A DNA stretch of 64,000 nt from Candidatus Microgenomates bacterium (GCA_016204255.1 JACQLA010000005.1:68339-132338); one strand, 5' to 3'; shown: positions 29,709 to 39,854, counted from the stretch's first letter. Notes: generated by a model from the sequence alone, not told the origin. Translations and numbers: made by a program.

Positions 29709-30411
29709 TCCATCGACGATATTCTTTTTGACAAAGGTCAAAATTTGGGTTTTTAGGGTCAAGAATTGGCATGCAATTAATCGTTTTAGTCGAAGGACAT
29801 TTGAATTTTTGTTCACCGTAGAACTTCATGCTGGAAATCATTTCAAGATAAATCTTATCTAAATTTTCGCTGGGATTTTTTGCGATGAGTTCAAAAACTT
29901 TATCGTGTTCCTGAAAGAAAATCCGCACAACCGGATAATCCCATGACGAGGCTTCCTGAAAAGTTAGAAAAGCCTCATGATCCCCAACATTAAAATTAGA
30001 CTTAGTCGGGATCTTTTTAAGATCTACGTCTTCATGGCGATACCAGCGCAACCAGGTGGGAATCGCCACTTTTTGCTTGTTTCCCCAAACAACGACTTGA
30101 AAATTTCCTTCTCGGCCCTCAAGGTTAACTTGCTGCCAGATCATACCGTCTGGCAGGGTTTTAAGCTTGGCGGCATTCTCAATATTCCATTCAGTCTTTT
30201 CCCATCCAGGCGGAAAATTTATCTCATACCCATGTAAAGAATTTAGATAAGTCTGCCAGATTAGAACAGTCGGGGTGGGAGAAAGGGTGGGGAAAAGCCG
30301 GGGGAAATTTTTCTCATTTTGAAATGTTTTTCCTAAAAATAGAGCGGCAATCACTATTAAAACAATCACACCAGCTACTAAAGGGAGTATTAAGGGTAAC
30401 CGGGTCTTCAT
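29671..30411 (-). CDS. Membrane-anchored PsbP-like exported protein with Cys-rich C-terminus
   Basis: TM, WQTY.N..HGYEINFP.GW, ...MISSMKF, then CP....INCMP...C...C. Confidence 0.55.
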   Translation of the reverse strand: MKTRLPLILPLVAGVIVLIVIAALFLGKTFQNEKNFPRLFPTLSPTPTVLIWQTYLNSLHGYEINFPPGWEKTEWNIENAAKLKTLPDGMIWQQVNLEGREGNFQVVVWGNKQKVAIPTWLRWYRHEDVDLKKIPTKSNFNVGDHEAFLTFQEASSWDYPVVRIFFQEHDKVFELIAKNPSENLDKIYLEMISSMKFYGEQKFKCPSTKTINCMPILDPKNPNFDLCQKEYRRWITQNCPGVEFAD

Positions 30412-30478
30412 TGATTTTATCTTAGCATAAATGCGTCAATAGAGTATAATTGAGAAGTAAACAAGTTTCTTACTTCCC

Positions 30479-30553
30479 GTCATTCCGAGCGTAGTCGAGG
30501 AATCTTTTTCATCAAGGTCTTTAATTAGATCCCTCCACGTTGGTCGGGATGAC
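30479..30553. repeat. GTCATT...ATGAC palindromic repeat (REP/RPE-like)
   Basis: GTCATTCCGA...GGAATCT...AGATCCC...TCGGGATGAC; related copies at 41790, 41852, 43093, 59958. Confidence 0.8.
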
Positions 30554-30579
30554 GACTGCGAAATTTGTTTGATATTATT

Positions 30580-31590
30580 ATGCTCACTCGAGAAACACTA
30601 GCGCCTGAAGAAAAAGAAAAATATAATAAGCTTGTTACTCATGTTCTCCAATCCTGGGAATGGGGAGAGTTTCGGGAAAAAACCGGTGTCAAAGTTATAA
30701 GACCGGGTCTTTTTGAAAAGAACCGTCTTATCACCGCTTATCAGCTAACGATCCATTCGATTCCCCATACTCCATACACTGTAGGCTACTTACCTAAAGG
30801 CCCTGTGCCCGATGAACAAATGCTTAGTGCTCTTGAGGATATTGGTATGGAAAATAACACCATTTTTTTTAAACTGGAACCAAATATTACTATTAACCAG
30901 AAACCGGTGATTAACAGCCGACTGACTTCTTCCCCACGACCTCTTTTTACTCGCTATACTTTTCAAATAGATCTGAGGAAAAGTGAAGAGGATCTCTTAA
31001 GACAAATGAAGGAAAAAACTCGCTATAATGTGCGCCTGGCCCAAAGAAATGGCGTTAGGGTCGCAGAAAATAATTCACCGGAGGCTTTTGAAGTTTATCT
31101 ACGACTGATGCAAGAGACTACGCAAAGACAAAATTTTTATGCCCATTCGGAAAAATACCACCGACTTATGTGGGAAACACTTCAAAAGGCCGGCATTGCC
31201 CACTTGCTGATCGCCGATTATAACAACGAGTCGTTGGTCGCCTGGATACTTTTTGTCTTTAATAAAGTCCTTTATTATCCCTATGGCGCTTCATCCACTG
31301 TTCATCGCGAAGTGATGGCCTCGAATTTAATGATGTGGGAGGCGATGAAATTCGGGCAAAAAATGGGTTGTGAGAAATTTGATCTTTGGGGCGCATTAGG
31401 TCCGGAACCTAATCCGAAAGATCCGTGGTATGGGTTTCACCGTTTTAAAGAAGGTTACGGTGGAGAGCTGGTGGAATTTGTCGGCAGCTACGATTTTGTT
31501 TTGAACTGGCCTCTTTATAAGCTTTACAATCTGGCTGATAATCTTCGCTGGGGACTCCTCCGACTTAAATCACGAATTAATCCCGGTTAA
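30580..31590 (+). CDS. FemABX-family peptidoglycan peptidyltransferase
   Basis: HVLQSWEWGEFR, YLPKGP, KTRYNVRLA, YPYGAS, LMMWEAM, GFHRFKEGYGG. Confidence 0.9.
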   Translation: MLTRETLAPEEKEKYNKLVTHVLQSWEWGEFREKTGVKVIRPGLFEKNRLITAYQLTIHSIPHTPYTVGYLPKGPVPDEQMLSALEDIGMENNTIFFKLEPNITINQKPVINSRLTSSPRPLFTRYTFQIDLRKSEEDLLRQMKEKTRYNVRLAQRNGVRVAENNSPEAFEVYLRLMQETTQRQNFYAHSEKYHRLMWETLQKAGIAHLLIADYNNESLVAWILFVFNKVLYYPYGASSTVHREVMASNLMMWEAMKFGQKMGCEKFDLWGALGPEPNPKDPWYGFHRFKEGYGGELVEFVGSYDFVLNWPLYKLYNLADNLRWGLLRLKSRINPG

Positions 31591-31598
31591 ACTTTCTA

Positions 31599-31865
31599 TC
31601 AACCTTCGAAAATTGTATGATCGAAGATAAGAACCCGCTTTCCTCGATTTGTCCTTCCTAAGGTATTCACTCTATCACTATGAACCACGGAATTAAGCCT
31701 TTCGAGGGCTGCCATTGATTCGGCTGATCCCACCGGTGCATTAGCCATAGCACAGAAGGCGGCTATTTCCTCATCTTTAGCTTCAGCCATTGCCACCTTT
31801 CGCTCCCCATCGGTTTCCTTAACAACCTTGATTATACCTCTTAAATATTCTTTAACTTGCGGCAT
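31599..31865 (-). CDS. Hypothetical protein
   Basis: 88-aa ORF with strong RBS AGGAGGTG. Confidence 0.6.
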   Translation of the reverse strand: MPQVKEYLRGIIKVVKETDGERKVAMAEAKDEEIAAFCAMANAPVGSAESMAALERLNSVVHSDRVNTLGRTNRGKRVLIFDHTIFEG

Positions 31866-31924
31866 TTATTTTCACCTCCTCTCAAATAAAACTAAATCTT
31901 AATTTTTTATTTTAACCCATTCAA

Positions 31925-32935
31925 TCAGGAAAAGCCAAAGGCTCTTTTGATAAGACTTTTAATTGTCTCAAACCCACGGATTTGGCTGATTTTTGATCTT
32001 TTAACCGGCGGATAAGCAACGGTTATGACTTTCGCTTTTAATTTTTCAGGAAATGATGGTAGCGCTTCCCACCTAAGTTGTTTCTCATAAGTTGAAGGTT
32101 TAGAATAAGAGATTTTTATATTAACAAGTTTATCACCGATAATTTCAATCCTGTCTAAATCTCCCTCACCCAAATTTTCTTTTTGACATAAAGAAAGATA
32201 GCCGATTTTTTGCGGATCAAAACCCATGACCCGTGCCGCCGTAAAATCCGCGGCTAAAAAATCCAGGCTGGCAATTGCAAACTTGCTTTTTACCGCCACC
32301 CCGCCCACCGGCCCGTTTCCGCCCATCCCCTCAAACCCATCAATAATTGATAAGTTGGGATGAACTTTGCGGGCCAAATAAGTTAAGTTCTGATTAAACG
32401 CTTTTAACCCCTGATGAATAAGAGGCGCGTAATTTAAACTACCGACAACAACATTTTTTAAAGAAAGGGTGACTATTCCAACATCGTGAGTTTTGGCGGG
32501 TGTTGCCGAAATTAGAAAATCGGATTCCAAAACAGTTCTAGCAATACCGATCTTAATTTTTTTAAAACTGGCATCGTAAATTTCTTCCGTTAAAAACTGC
32601 TCTTCCGCCAGATCCACCAAATCGATATCATAATCTTTTTTTAAATCATAATAATGATAATTTTTAAAACCCTCCTTCGTGGTTCCCACTGCCGCTTTTT
32701 CGGCAATAATTATTTTTCCTTTATAAATTGGTTTTAGAAAATCCAGGATCGCCCGAATGGTTTCGACATGGGTGGCAGCCAGCTGATTGTAGACGGTGAC
32801 GAAATTAGGTTTGACAACAATCCTCTTTTTGCCGGCAGTTTTCCTTTTAATATCTTCTTCCAAAAGTCTAAGAGTGGATAAAATATTTTCCCGGCGGGAT
32901 TTACCAATAGCTAAGGCAACTTTCGTTTTCTTCAT
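31925..32935 (-). CDS. DUF362 domain protein
   Basis: IVVKPNFV, AATH, KTHD...TLSLKN, IIDG..GM.GNGP..G, D..AAD. Confidence 0.8.
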   Translation of the reverse strand: MKKTKVALAIGKSRRENILSTLRLLEEDIKRKTAGKKRIVVKPNFVTVYNQLAATHVETIRAILDFLKPIYKGKIIIAEKAAVGTTKEGFKNYHYYDLKKDYDIDLVDLAEEQFLTEEIYDASFKKIKIGIARTVLESDFLISATPAKTHDVGIVTLSLKNVVVGSLNYAPLIHQGLKAFNQNLTYLARKVHPNLSIIDGFEGMGGNGPVGGVAVKSKFAIASLDFLAADFTAARVMGFDPQKIGYLSLCQKENLGEGDLDRIEIIGDKLVNIKISYSKPSTYEKQLRWEALPSFPEKLKAKVITVAYPPVKRSKISQIRGFETIKSLIKRAFGFS

Positions 32936-32940
32936 AGAGG

Positions 32941-35850
32941 CTAATCAGTATCACAAAGAAGCTTATACTCGCAATATTTACAAAGCTCGCTTTTGGTACA
33001 ACGGAAATCAGATTGAGCGATTTTTTCCGCCCAAGAAAAAATTTCTTCTTTGGCTTTTTCCAACTGTTCTTTAGTCCGCACTGTTGTTATCTTTTGGCTA
33101 TTTTCAAAAAAATAAAGGCTCAAAAAAACTTCCTCCGGTTTTTTGCCTAATGGCGGCTCCAGCACTTCAGTGGCGGCCAAAGCGTATATCGTCAACTGTA
33201 AATTTTGATCAACTTCCTTTTGACTGGGAGGACGACTACCGGTTTTATAATCAATAATTTCAATTTTTCCATCTCCTAAGGAATCAACCCGATCAAGCCT
33301 TCCCACAACTCGAAAACTCCTCAGAGGGAAAACAAAAGATTTTTCCAAGGCCAACGGGGTGATTTGAGAATCCTTTGTTTTTAGCCAAAACTCGTGCAAA
33401 AATCTTTCTCCCTGTTGAAAGAGTAAATCTTCATGCTTTTTACTTTTATAACCCTCCCCAACCCAGTTTTCCTTAAGTAGGGCTAAAAGTTTCTCTTCTC
33501 CCGGATTTTTATCAGTAATTTTCAACCGGTAAAAATCCCGCAACGCCGCATGTAAACTAATGCCAAAAGATTGAGCAGATGAGGGAGGGGTGGGAATTTT
33601 TAAAATAAATTTTAATTTATAATGAAGAGGGCAATTCATAAAGGCCTCAATTTGAGAGTACGAAAGATAGAGAGGTCGAGAGTTCAATCTATTAACCGCT
33701 GTTTCCGGCTCCACCGGCTTAGCCCATTCTAAAAAAGAGAGTTGTTTACTTGAGGCGTTGATTTTTTGTTTCCCAAATACTTCTTCTCCTAGCGCCTCCC
33801 CTACAAAGGGCGAAATTTTTCTTTCACGTTTACCCTCACCATAAAAATTGGCCGATGTTAAAAAAAGTCGATCTTTAGCTCTGGTCATTCCGACATAAAA
33901 AAGCCTGCGCTCTTCCTCTAAATGAGCATCGCCCTCGGGCAGAATTTCTTTTATTAAATCCTGGGGAATGGGAATTTGCTCCTGGCGTTCAGTTGTAGGA
34001 AAACGCTGGGCAACCAAATTAACTAAGAAAACTACCGGAAACTCAAGGCCCTTAGAAGAATGAACTGTTAAAAGATTAACGGCGTTTACTTCCGCCCAAT
34101 CGGTATCTGAAGCCTGGGGTGATTCCCCCAATTCCTGTGACATTTCAATCCAGTCAACTACCGCCGAAACGGCAGCATCCTCGTGGGTAACTTCATAACT
34201 TTTAATTTTTCCAAAAAACTTAGAGACGTTTTGGGCACGCTTTTCATCCTGGGCATTTTTATACACCGTCAAACTAGATAAAAGACCGGAGTCGGAAAGG
34301 AAATAGTAAAGGATTTGGCCAGCGCTTTCCTTGGATAAAAGTTTCAGATGACGATTTACCATCGCCACAATTTTTTCTAATTTTATTTTTGTTTCCTCAC
34401 TGATAATCGGTCTGGTGTTGGCTATTAAGCGGCCATTTTCTTTTCCGGTGGCCAACTCACAGGATTCAAGTAAGGAAAGGTTGGTTTTTTTAGCGAAGCT
34501 TGTCAATGCCGCTACGTCCCGGGCGGAAATCTCAAAAATATCCATTGCTAAAACCCGATAAAAAGCAACCGAGTCTTCAACGTTATACAAAACCTTAAGG
34601 TAGGCAATTAAATCCTTTACCTCCGGCTGACGGAAAAGCATTCCCGGTCCTAAAAATTGATAGGGGACCCCCGCACGAACCAAAGCCCGGGTAAAAGGTT
34701 CGGCGTGAGAATTGGCCCGAAATAAAATAGCAAAATCTTTAAATTCATAGTTCGTTTTTTTAAGTTGTTTAATCTTTCGGGCGATTTCTTCAGCTTCATC
34801 TTCGACTCGCTCCGCATGAATCCACTCCACCTTTTCCTCGTCCACTTTTCTCATCCGCTTAAGATTTTTACTAATCCCCAGTTTTACTTCCAGGGTATCG
34901 GGATCGTTAAATTTAATCAGGCGATGAGCGTGATCAAGAATAGTTTGGGTTGAGCGATAATTTTTGGTCAAAATAACTTGTTTGACTCTCTTGTACTCCT
35001 CCATAAATTGTAGAATATTGGAAATAGCCGCCCCGCGGAATTTATAAATTGACTGAGAATCATCCCCAACAACCGTCAAATTGGGATTTTCCATAGGAGG
35101 AGCTAAGATTTTTAAAAGATTGTACTGGGCAAAATTAGTATCTTGGAACTCATCAACCAAAACATATTTGAATTGCTTTTGATATTGACTCAAAATATTT
35201 GGTCTGGCGCGAAAAAGTTTAAGGGTATTGGCTATTAAATCGGCAAAATCAGCCATTCCTCCCTTAGTTTTAAGCTCTTCATAAATTCGGTAGGCCTTGA
35301 CCAATTCTAATATTTTTTTCCTTTCTTCCTCTGGCAGATTTTGACCCTTAGTAAAATTTAGGTATTCTTCCGGCTCGATATCTTCATCTTTGAGCCGGGA
35401 AAAATGCTGGAGCATCCCCCCAATAAATTTATTTGGGTTGCCTAAAGGACGGAAGTAATTCAGCTCAAATTTAAAAAGACTGGCTCGTAGAAAAATTATC
35501 GTCTCTGCCTCCGTCATTAAGCGATAATCGGGGCTAAGACCAATATGGACTGCCTCATTCCGAAGGACCCGATCGCAAAAGGAGTGGAAGGTGGAAATCC
35601 ACATCTGAGTGTAGCCGTAAGGCATAGCTATATCGACTCTCTCCTCCATTTCCCGCACCGCTTTTTCAGTAAAAGTGAGGGCTAAAATTTCGGCCGGGTG
35701 GGCCAGATTTTGGGAAATCAACCATTTAATCCGCTCTGTTACCACCGTTGTTTTGCCGGTTCCGGCGCCGGCAATTATTAGAAGGGGACCCTTGTCATGT
35801 TTTACCGCCTCCAGTTGTTCATCATTCAATTTTTTTTCGCCGTTGCTCAC
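32941..35850 (-). CDS. UvrD-family helicase fused to a PD-(D/E)XK nuclease with Cys cluster (AdnAB/AddAB-like)
   Basis: AGAGTGKT, DEFQDTN, HSSKGLEF, EEERRLFYVGMTRA; then LSYSQI...CP, GRLDRVD, IIDYKTG, QL.IY, C..C.Y...C. Confidence 0.88.
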   Translation of the reverse strand: MSNGEKKLNDEQLEAVKHDKGPLLIIAGAGTGKTTVVTERIKWLISQNLAHPAEILALTFTEKAVREMEERVDIAMPYGYTQMWISTFHSFCDRVLRNEAVHIGLSPDYRLMTEAETIIFLRASLFKFELNYFRPLGNPNKFIGGMLQHFSRLKDEDIEPEEYLNFTKGQNLPEEERKKILELVKAYRIYEELKTKGGMADFADLIANTLKLFRARPNILSQYQKQFKYVLVDEFQDTNFAQYNLLKILAPPMENPNLTVVGDDSQSIYKFRGAAISNILQFMEEYKRVKQVILTKNYRSTQTILDHAHRLIKFNDPDTLEVKLGISKNLKRMRKVDEEKVEWIHAERVEDEAEEIARKIKQLKKTNYEFKDFAILFRANSHAEPFTRALVRAGVPYQFLGPGMLFRQPEVKDLIAYLKVLYNVEDSVAFYRVLAMDIFEISARDVAALTSFAKKTNLSLLESCELATGKENGRLIANTRPIISEETKIKLEKIVAMVNRHLKLLSKESAGQILYYFLSDSGLLSSLTVYKNAQDEKRAQNVSKFFGKIKSYEVTHEDAAVSAVVDWIEMSQELGESPQASDTDWAEVNAVNLLTVHSSKGLEFPVVFLVNLVAQRFPTTERQEQIPIPQDLIKEILPEGDAHLEEERRLFYVGMTRAKDRLFLTSANFYGEGKRERKISPFVGEALGEEVFGKQKINASSKQLSFLEWAKPVEPETAVNRLNSRPLYLSYSQIEAFMNCPLHYKLKFILKIPTPPSSAQSFGISLHAALRDFYRLKITDKNPGEEKLLALLKENWVGEGYKSKKHEDLLFQQGERFLHEFWLKTKDSQITPLALEKSFVFPLRSFRVVGRLDRVDSLGDGKIEIIDYKTGSRPPSQKEVDQNLQLTIYALAATEVLEPPLGKKPEEVFLSLYFFENSQKITTVRTKEQLEKAKEEIFSWAEKIAQSDFRCTKSELCKYCEYKLLCDTD

Positions 35851-36023
35851 CGCCTAATTTTACCATAAAAAATGCTTCGGTCTGATTAAAATTCGATTTC
35901 TTGCTGTTTTCTTACACATTTTTGATTGCTTTTTGACTTTAAAAGTGCAAATTATAACCGTGGGGGCAAACGTCTGGAAACATTTAAAAATTAAAATTTA
36001 ACCGGGCGCCCCACACTTAAAGT

Positions 36024-36073
36024 ACAACTCTCGCTATGTGGAGATGATTCCCTAAGGCGAGAGTTGTTTTTTT
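36024..36073 (+). terminator. Terminator-like hairpin
   Basis: ACAACTCTCGC/GCGAGAGTTGT stem followed by a T run. Confidence 0.55.
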
Positions 36074-36088
36074 GCTATACTTAGCATT

Positions 36089-36648
36089 ATGACCTTATGG
36101 AGAAGTTGGCAGTATAAGAATCTCACGATCTTTTCTTTAGGCCTCGCGGTTGCCTTCGCGTTATCAAGGCTTGAAGGATTCCATAATTTTTACTACATCT
36201 GGGCGGCTTTGATTATCTTGGCGCTTTTATTGCCGGAGGGCTTTTTGTTTCGACTTTTACCGTTGGCACCGGCATCATTATCCTTTTAGTCCTGACTCAA
36301 ACTTTAACCCCCCTGGAAATAGCTGTAATTGCAGGGCTGGGGGCGGTTTTGGGTGATTTTACCATTTTCCGGCTTGTTAAAAACAACCTGACAAACGAGT
36401 TAGTAAACATTTACAATCATTTTGACAGCAATCATCATTTCAAAAGACTCCTTCATTCAAAATATTTCAGCTGGACCTTGCCGGTTGTCGGTGCGCTTAT
36501 TATCGCCTCGCCTTTGCCGGATGAATTGGGCGTAAGTTTAATGGGAATTTCTAAGATGAAAACTTATCAGTTTTTAATTATTTCCTTCATCTTAAATACC
36601 ATCGGAATATTTCTGGTTGTTTCAGCCTCTTTGGTTTTAAAACCATAG
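36089..36648 (+). pseudogene. Multi-pass membrane protein split by a 1-nt frameshift
   Basis: Adding one T to the T5 run at 36187-36191 joins both ORFs: FHNF-LLHLGGFDYLGAFIAGGLFVSTFTV...GLGAVLGDFTIFR...IIASPLPDELGV. Confidence 0.75.
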
Positions 36649-36750
36649 TTTCTTAAAAACTTAGCTGTTTTCAAGTGCTTGATTTTGCTCATTTTGAGGT
36701 TCGTGTTAAAATTAGCCTTATAATATAATACTAAAATTTCTATTTAATTT

Positions 36751-38970
36751 ATGAAGCAGACCGTCCTTGCTGTTTTTTTTATTGCCATAATTGTCAGTCT
36801 TGTCGCGGTTTCTTTTACTATAAATCAGGTGGGTCAAGAAGAAAAACGGCTAAGTGTTGATCTCCAACATCGCTCAACGCTTCTTGCAGAAAGTCTTAGG
36901 GAAACCATCGAACCAAACTTTATAAATAAATCAGATAAGTATTTGCAGGATGTTGTAGAAAAGTTTGCGAATAAAGAAAGATTTGCCGGGCTGGCTGTCT
37001 ACGACAATAAAGGAATTGTCATTGCTATTTCTTCTAGTTTGCCCAAAGAAATTTCGGAGTCACAAAAAATTGCTTCTGATGTTATGGATGGCGACAAAGC
37101 CAATGGCGACTTTATCACCTTTGGTGATAAAAAAATGTACCTTTTTGCGATTCCTCTTCGTGATGAAAAAAGCGTAGTTGGGGCATTGATGATTGCACAA
37201 AATGCCGGGTATATCGACTCACGCTTGCAAGAAATTTGGAGAAACAATTTAATAAGATTATTTGCGCAGGTTTTTCTCCTATCAATTGCCGTGATTCTTT
37301 TTTTACAATGGGTTATTTATAAACCTATGCGGAATCTGGTGGAATCTTTAAGGCTGGCCCGATCAGGAGCAAGGTCCCTTGCTATTCCAATCCATCCATT
37401 TTTCCAACCACTGGCTAAAGAGATTTCAAACATTAATCGCAGTCTTATAGAAGCGCAGTTAAGCGCCAGCGAGGAAGCAAGAATGAATCTGGAAAAATTA
37501 GATTCTCCCTGGACCGAAGAAAGATTAAAGGAATTTGTAAAAGATATCTTGAAAGATAAATCAATCGTTGTGGTTTCAAATAGAGAACCATATATTCACA
37601 CTAAAGTCGGGAATAAAATTAATTATTATTTTCCGGCAAGCGGCATGGCAACCGCAATTGAACCAATGATGCAGGCCTGCGGAGGAACTTGGATTGCTCA
37701 CGGAGGCGGAGATGCCGACAGACTCACAGTTGATAAGAATAATGAACTCCAGGTCCCGCCTGATGAACCAAAATATACCCTAAGACGAGTCTGGCTAAGC
37801 GAGGAAGAAGAAAAGGGATATTATTATGGTTTTTCCAACGAAGGAATGTGGGCTCTGTGCCACATAGCACATACTCGGCCTATTTTTAGAAAAAACGACT
37901 GGGAGGAGTATAAAAAGGTGAATGGTAAATTTGCCAAAACTGTGCTTACCAAGATACGAGATCTTCAAAACCCCATCATCTTGATTCAAGACTTTCATTT
38001 CTCTCTTTTGCCGCGAATGATCAAAAATAGCAGGCCCGATGCAACAATAGGACTTTTTTGGCACACCCCTTGGGTCAGTGCAGAGTCCTTTAGTATCTGC
38101 CCCTGGAGAAAAGAAATTTTAGATGGTATGCTGGGCGCCGATTTAATCGGCTTTCATATTCAGCTTCATTGCAATAACTTTATTGAAACCGTTGGAAAGG
38201 AGCTTGAATCTTTGATTAACTTTGAACAATTTACTATCACTCGAGATGACCATATTTCATTAATAAAATCTTTCCCCATCAGCATTGCTTTTTCTAACGG
38301 GAAGTCACAACAGCAAAAAGAAAACTTCGATAAGGAAGGACTTTTAAAAAGCTTGGGGATAAAAACAAAATATATCGGAGTTGGGGTTGACCGCCTGGAT
38401 TACACAAAAGGAATTTTAGAGCGCATCAAAGCAATTGAAATTTTTCTTCAAAACTACCCCTCATATCGGGAGTATTTTACTTTCATTCAAATCGCCGCAC
38501 CAAGCCGGAGTAAAATAAAAAGGTATCGGGAGTTTGCTCAAGAAGTAGAGAAAGAGGTAGAACGTGTTAACTCACGCTTTAAAATAAAAAATTGGAAACC
38601 GATAATTCTTATAGAAAGACATCACAGCCATGAAGAAATTAATCAGTTTTATCAACTCGCTAATTTTTGCTTGGTGACGTCTATCCATGATGGGATGAAT
38701 TTAGTGGCCAAAGAATTTGTTGCCGCAAGAAACGATGAAATGGGTGTGCTTATTTTAAGCCAGTTTACTGGTGCTTCACGGGAACTAAAAGACGCCCTGA
38801 TTGTTAATCCATACAATGGAGAACAAACTGCTGAAGCAATATACACTGCTTTGTCTATGAGGGCTTCCGAACAAAAAAAGCGCATGAAAAAATTAAGGGG
38901 AACCGTTAGAAACTATAATGTCTACCGTTGGTCAGCTGAGTTTTTGAAAACTTTAGTAAATTTAAGCTAA
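36751..38970 (+). CDS. otsA: Trehalose-6-phosphate synthase (GT20) with N-terminal TM-sensor-TM-HAMP-like module
   Basis: VVSNREPY, YYGFSNEGMW..CH, IQDFH, GVDRLDYTKG, DGMNLVAKEF, LILSQFTGA; two TMs flank a roughly 140-aa extracytoplasmic domain. Confidence 0.88.
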   Translation: MKQTVLAVFFIAIIVSLVAVSFTINQVGQEEKRLSVDLQHRSTLLAESLRETIEPNFINKSDKYLQDVVEKFANKERFAGLAVYDNKGIVIAISSSLPKEISESQKIASDVMDGDKANGDFITFGDKKMYLFAIPLRDEKSVVGALMIAQNAGYIDSRLQEIWRNNLIRLFAQVFLLSIAVILFLQWVIYKPMRNLVESLRLARSGARSLAIPIHPFFQPLAKEISNINRSLIEAQLSASEEARMNLEKLDSPWTEERLKEFVKDILKDKSIVVVSNREPYIHTKVGNKINYYFPASGMATAIEPMMQACGGTWIAHGGGDADRLTVDKNNELQVPPDEPKYTLRRVWLSEEEEKGYYYGFSNEGMWALCHIAHTRPIFRKNDWEEYKKVNGKFAKTVLTKIRDLQNPIILIQDFHFSLLPRMIKNSRPDATIGLFWHTPWVSAESFSICPWRKEILDGMLGADLIGFHIQLHCNNFIETVGKELESLINFEQFTITRDDHISLIKSFPISIAFSNGKSQQQKENFDKEGLLKSLGIKTKYIGVGVDRLDYTKGILERIKAIEIFLQNYPSYREYFTFIQIAAPSRSKIKRYREFAQEVEKEVERVNSRFKIKNWKPIILIERHHSHEEINQFYQLANFCLVTSIHDGMNLVAKEFVAARNDEMGVLILSQFTGASRELKDALIVNPYNGEQTAEAIYTALSMRASEQKKRMKKLRGTVRNYNVYRWSAEFLKTLVNLS

Positions 38971-38972
38971 TC

Positions 38973-39854
38973 ATGAAGGTCTTTCATAAACCTATAAAAA
39001 ACGATTATTTCCATGCGCTTCAAAGGCTTGAAATGGCCTTAAAAAAGGATGATTCTCAAAATTTAGATCTTCGCGAGTTCTGGAAAGGAGTGGTTCGAGA
39101 CCCTGAAGGACGGTGGACAAAATATTGCGCCCAAGGAATTAAATATTTTAAATACGGTAAACAATCTAGACCAAATCTAACCACTAAAGAAGACTTTAAT
39201 TTCATAATCGCTGCAATCAAACAGGAAAAAGCCTTTCTTAAAGGTCTTCAGAACAAAAGCTTTCGTAACTACAAACACTGGCTTATTACCCTACATAAAA
39301 AACAGGCCTATAAAGGCCATGGAGGCAGAATTTTGCCTAAAAGGAGGATTTCAATGGGCGAACACAGCAAAATAGTTAAAGATGCTGTTTTGCCTTTAGC
39401 AAAAAAATATTCCGACCCCTATACCAATAGCGGTTTACAAGTTCTGCGGTTAGCCGGAATAGGTCGGAATGGACGGCCTATGGATGAGTGGAAAAACAAA
39501 AACGAAGTTATCCATTATTATCCCGACCCAGATTATTTTGATGATTACCTTCAAATAATGAAAAAAAAACTGCAGGAATTTACTTACGAATCAACAAAGC
39601 CTTTTAGCATGAACATTTTAATTTTAATTGCAAACTATTTCCAGTATGGCGTTAACACGCACCTGTTTGAAGACATTAACCAAAGCTTGTTCGCCAACCA
39701 GGCAAATGCGATGCTAAAATACTTGGGATTAAAACCGGTTGAGCAGGGAATTCTTGATTTTACAGCGATGAGATTGCAACCGAAAAACTTTGCAAGATAC
39801 TTCATTGATGAAGTGAAAAAGGCCAATCCTAACAATCATTTTTATGAAAAATAA
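38973..39854 (+). CDS. Hypothetical protein with degenerate Fido/Fic-like motif
   Basis: HYYPDP..F..YL then YFQYGVNTHLFEDINQSLF..Q.NAMLKYLG; spacing parallels HPFxDGNGR. Confidence 0.45.
   Translation: MKVFHKPIKNDYFHALQRLEMALKKDDSQNLDLREFWKGVVRDPEGRWTKYCAQGIKYFKYGKQSRPNLTTKEDFNFIIAAIKQEKAFLKGLQNKSFRNYKHWLITLHKKQAYKGHGGRILPKRRISMGEHSKIVKDAVLPLAKKYSDPYTNSGLQVLRLAGIGRNGRPMDEWKNKNEVIHYYPDPDYFDDYLQIMKKKLQEFTYESTKPFSMNILILIANYFQYGVNTHLFEDINQSLFANQANAMLKYLGLKPVEQGILDFTAMRLQPKNFARYFIDEVKKANPNNHFYEK

Noticed and set aside
32941..33700. Cas4 or anti-phage nuclease
   Set aside because: The domain is fused to UvrD in a repair-type architecture, with no CRISPR or defence context
35960..36014. c-di-GMP-I riboswitch, tRNA or tmRNA call
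   Set aside because: Second stem and conserved spacing are missing; no T-arm or CCA end
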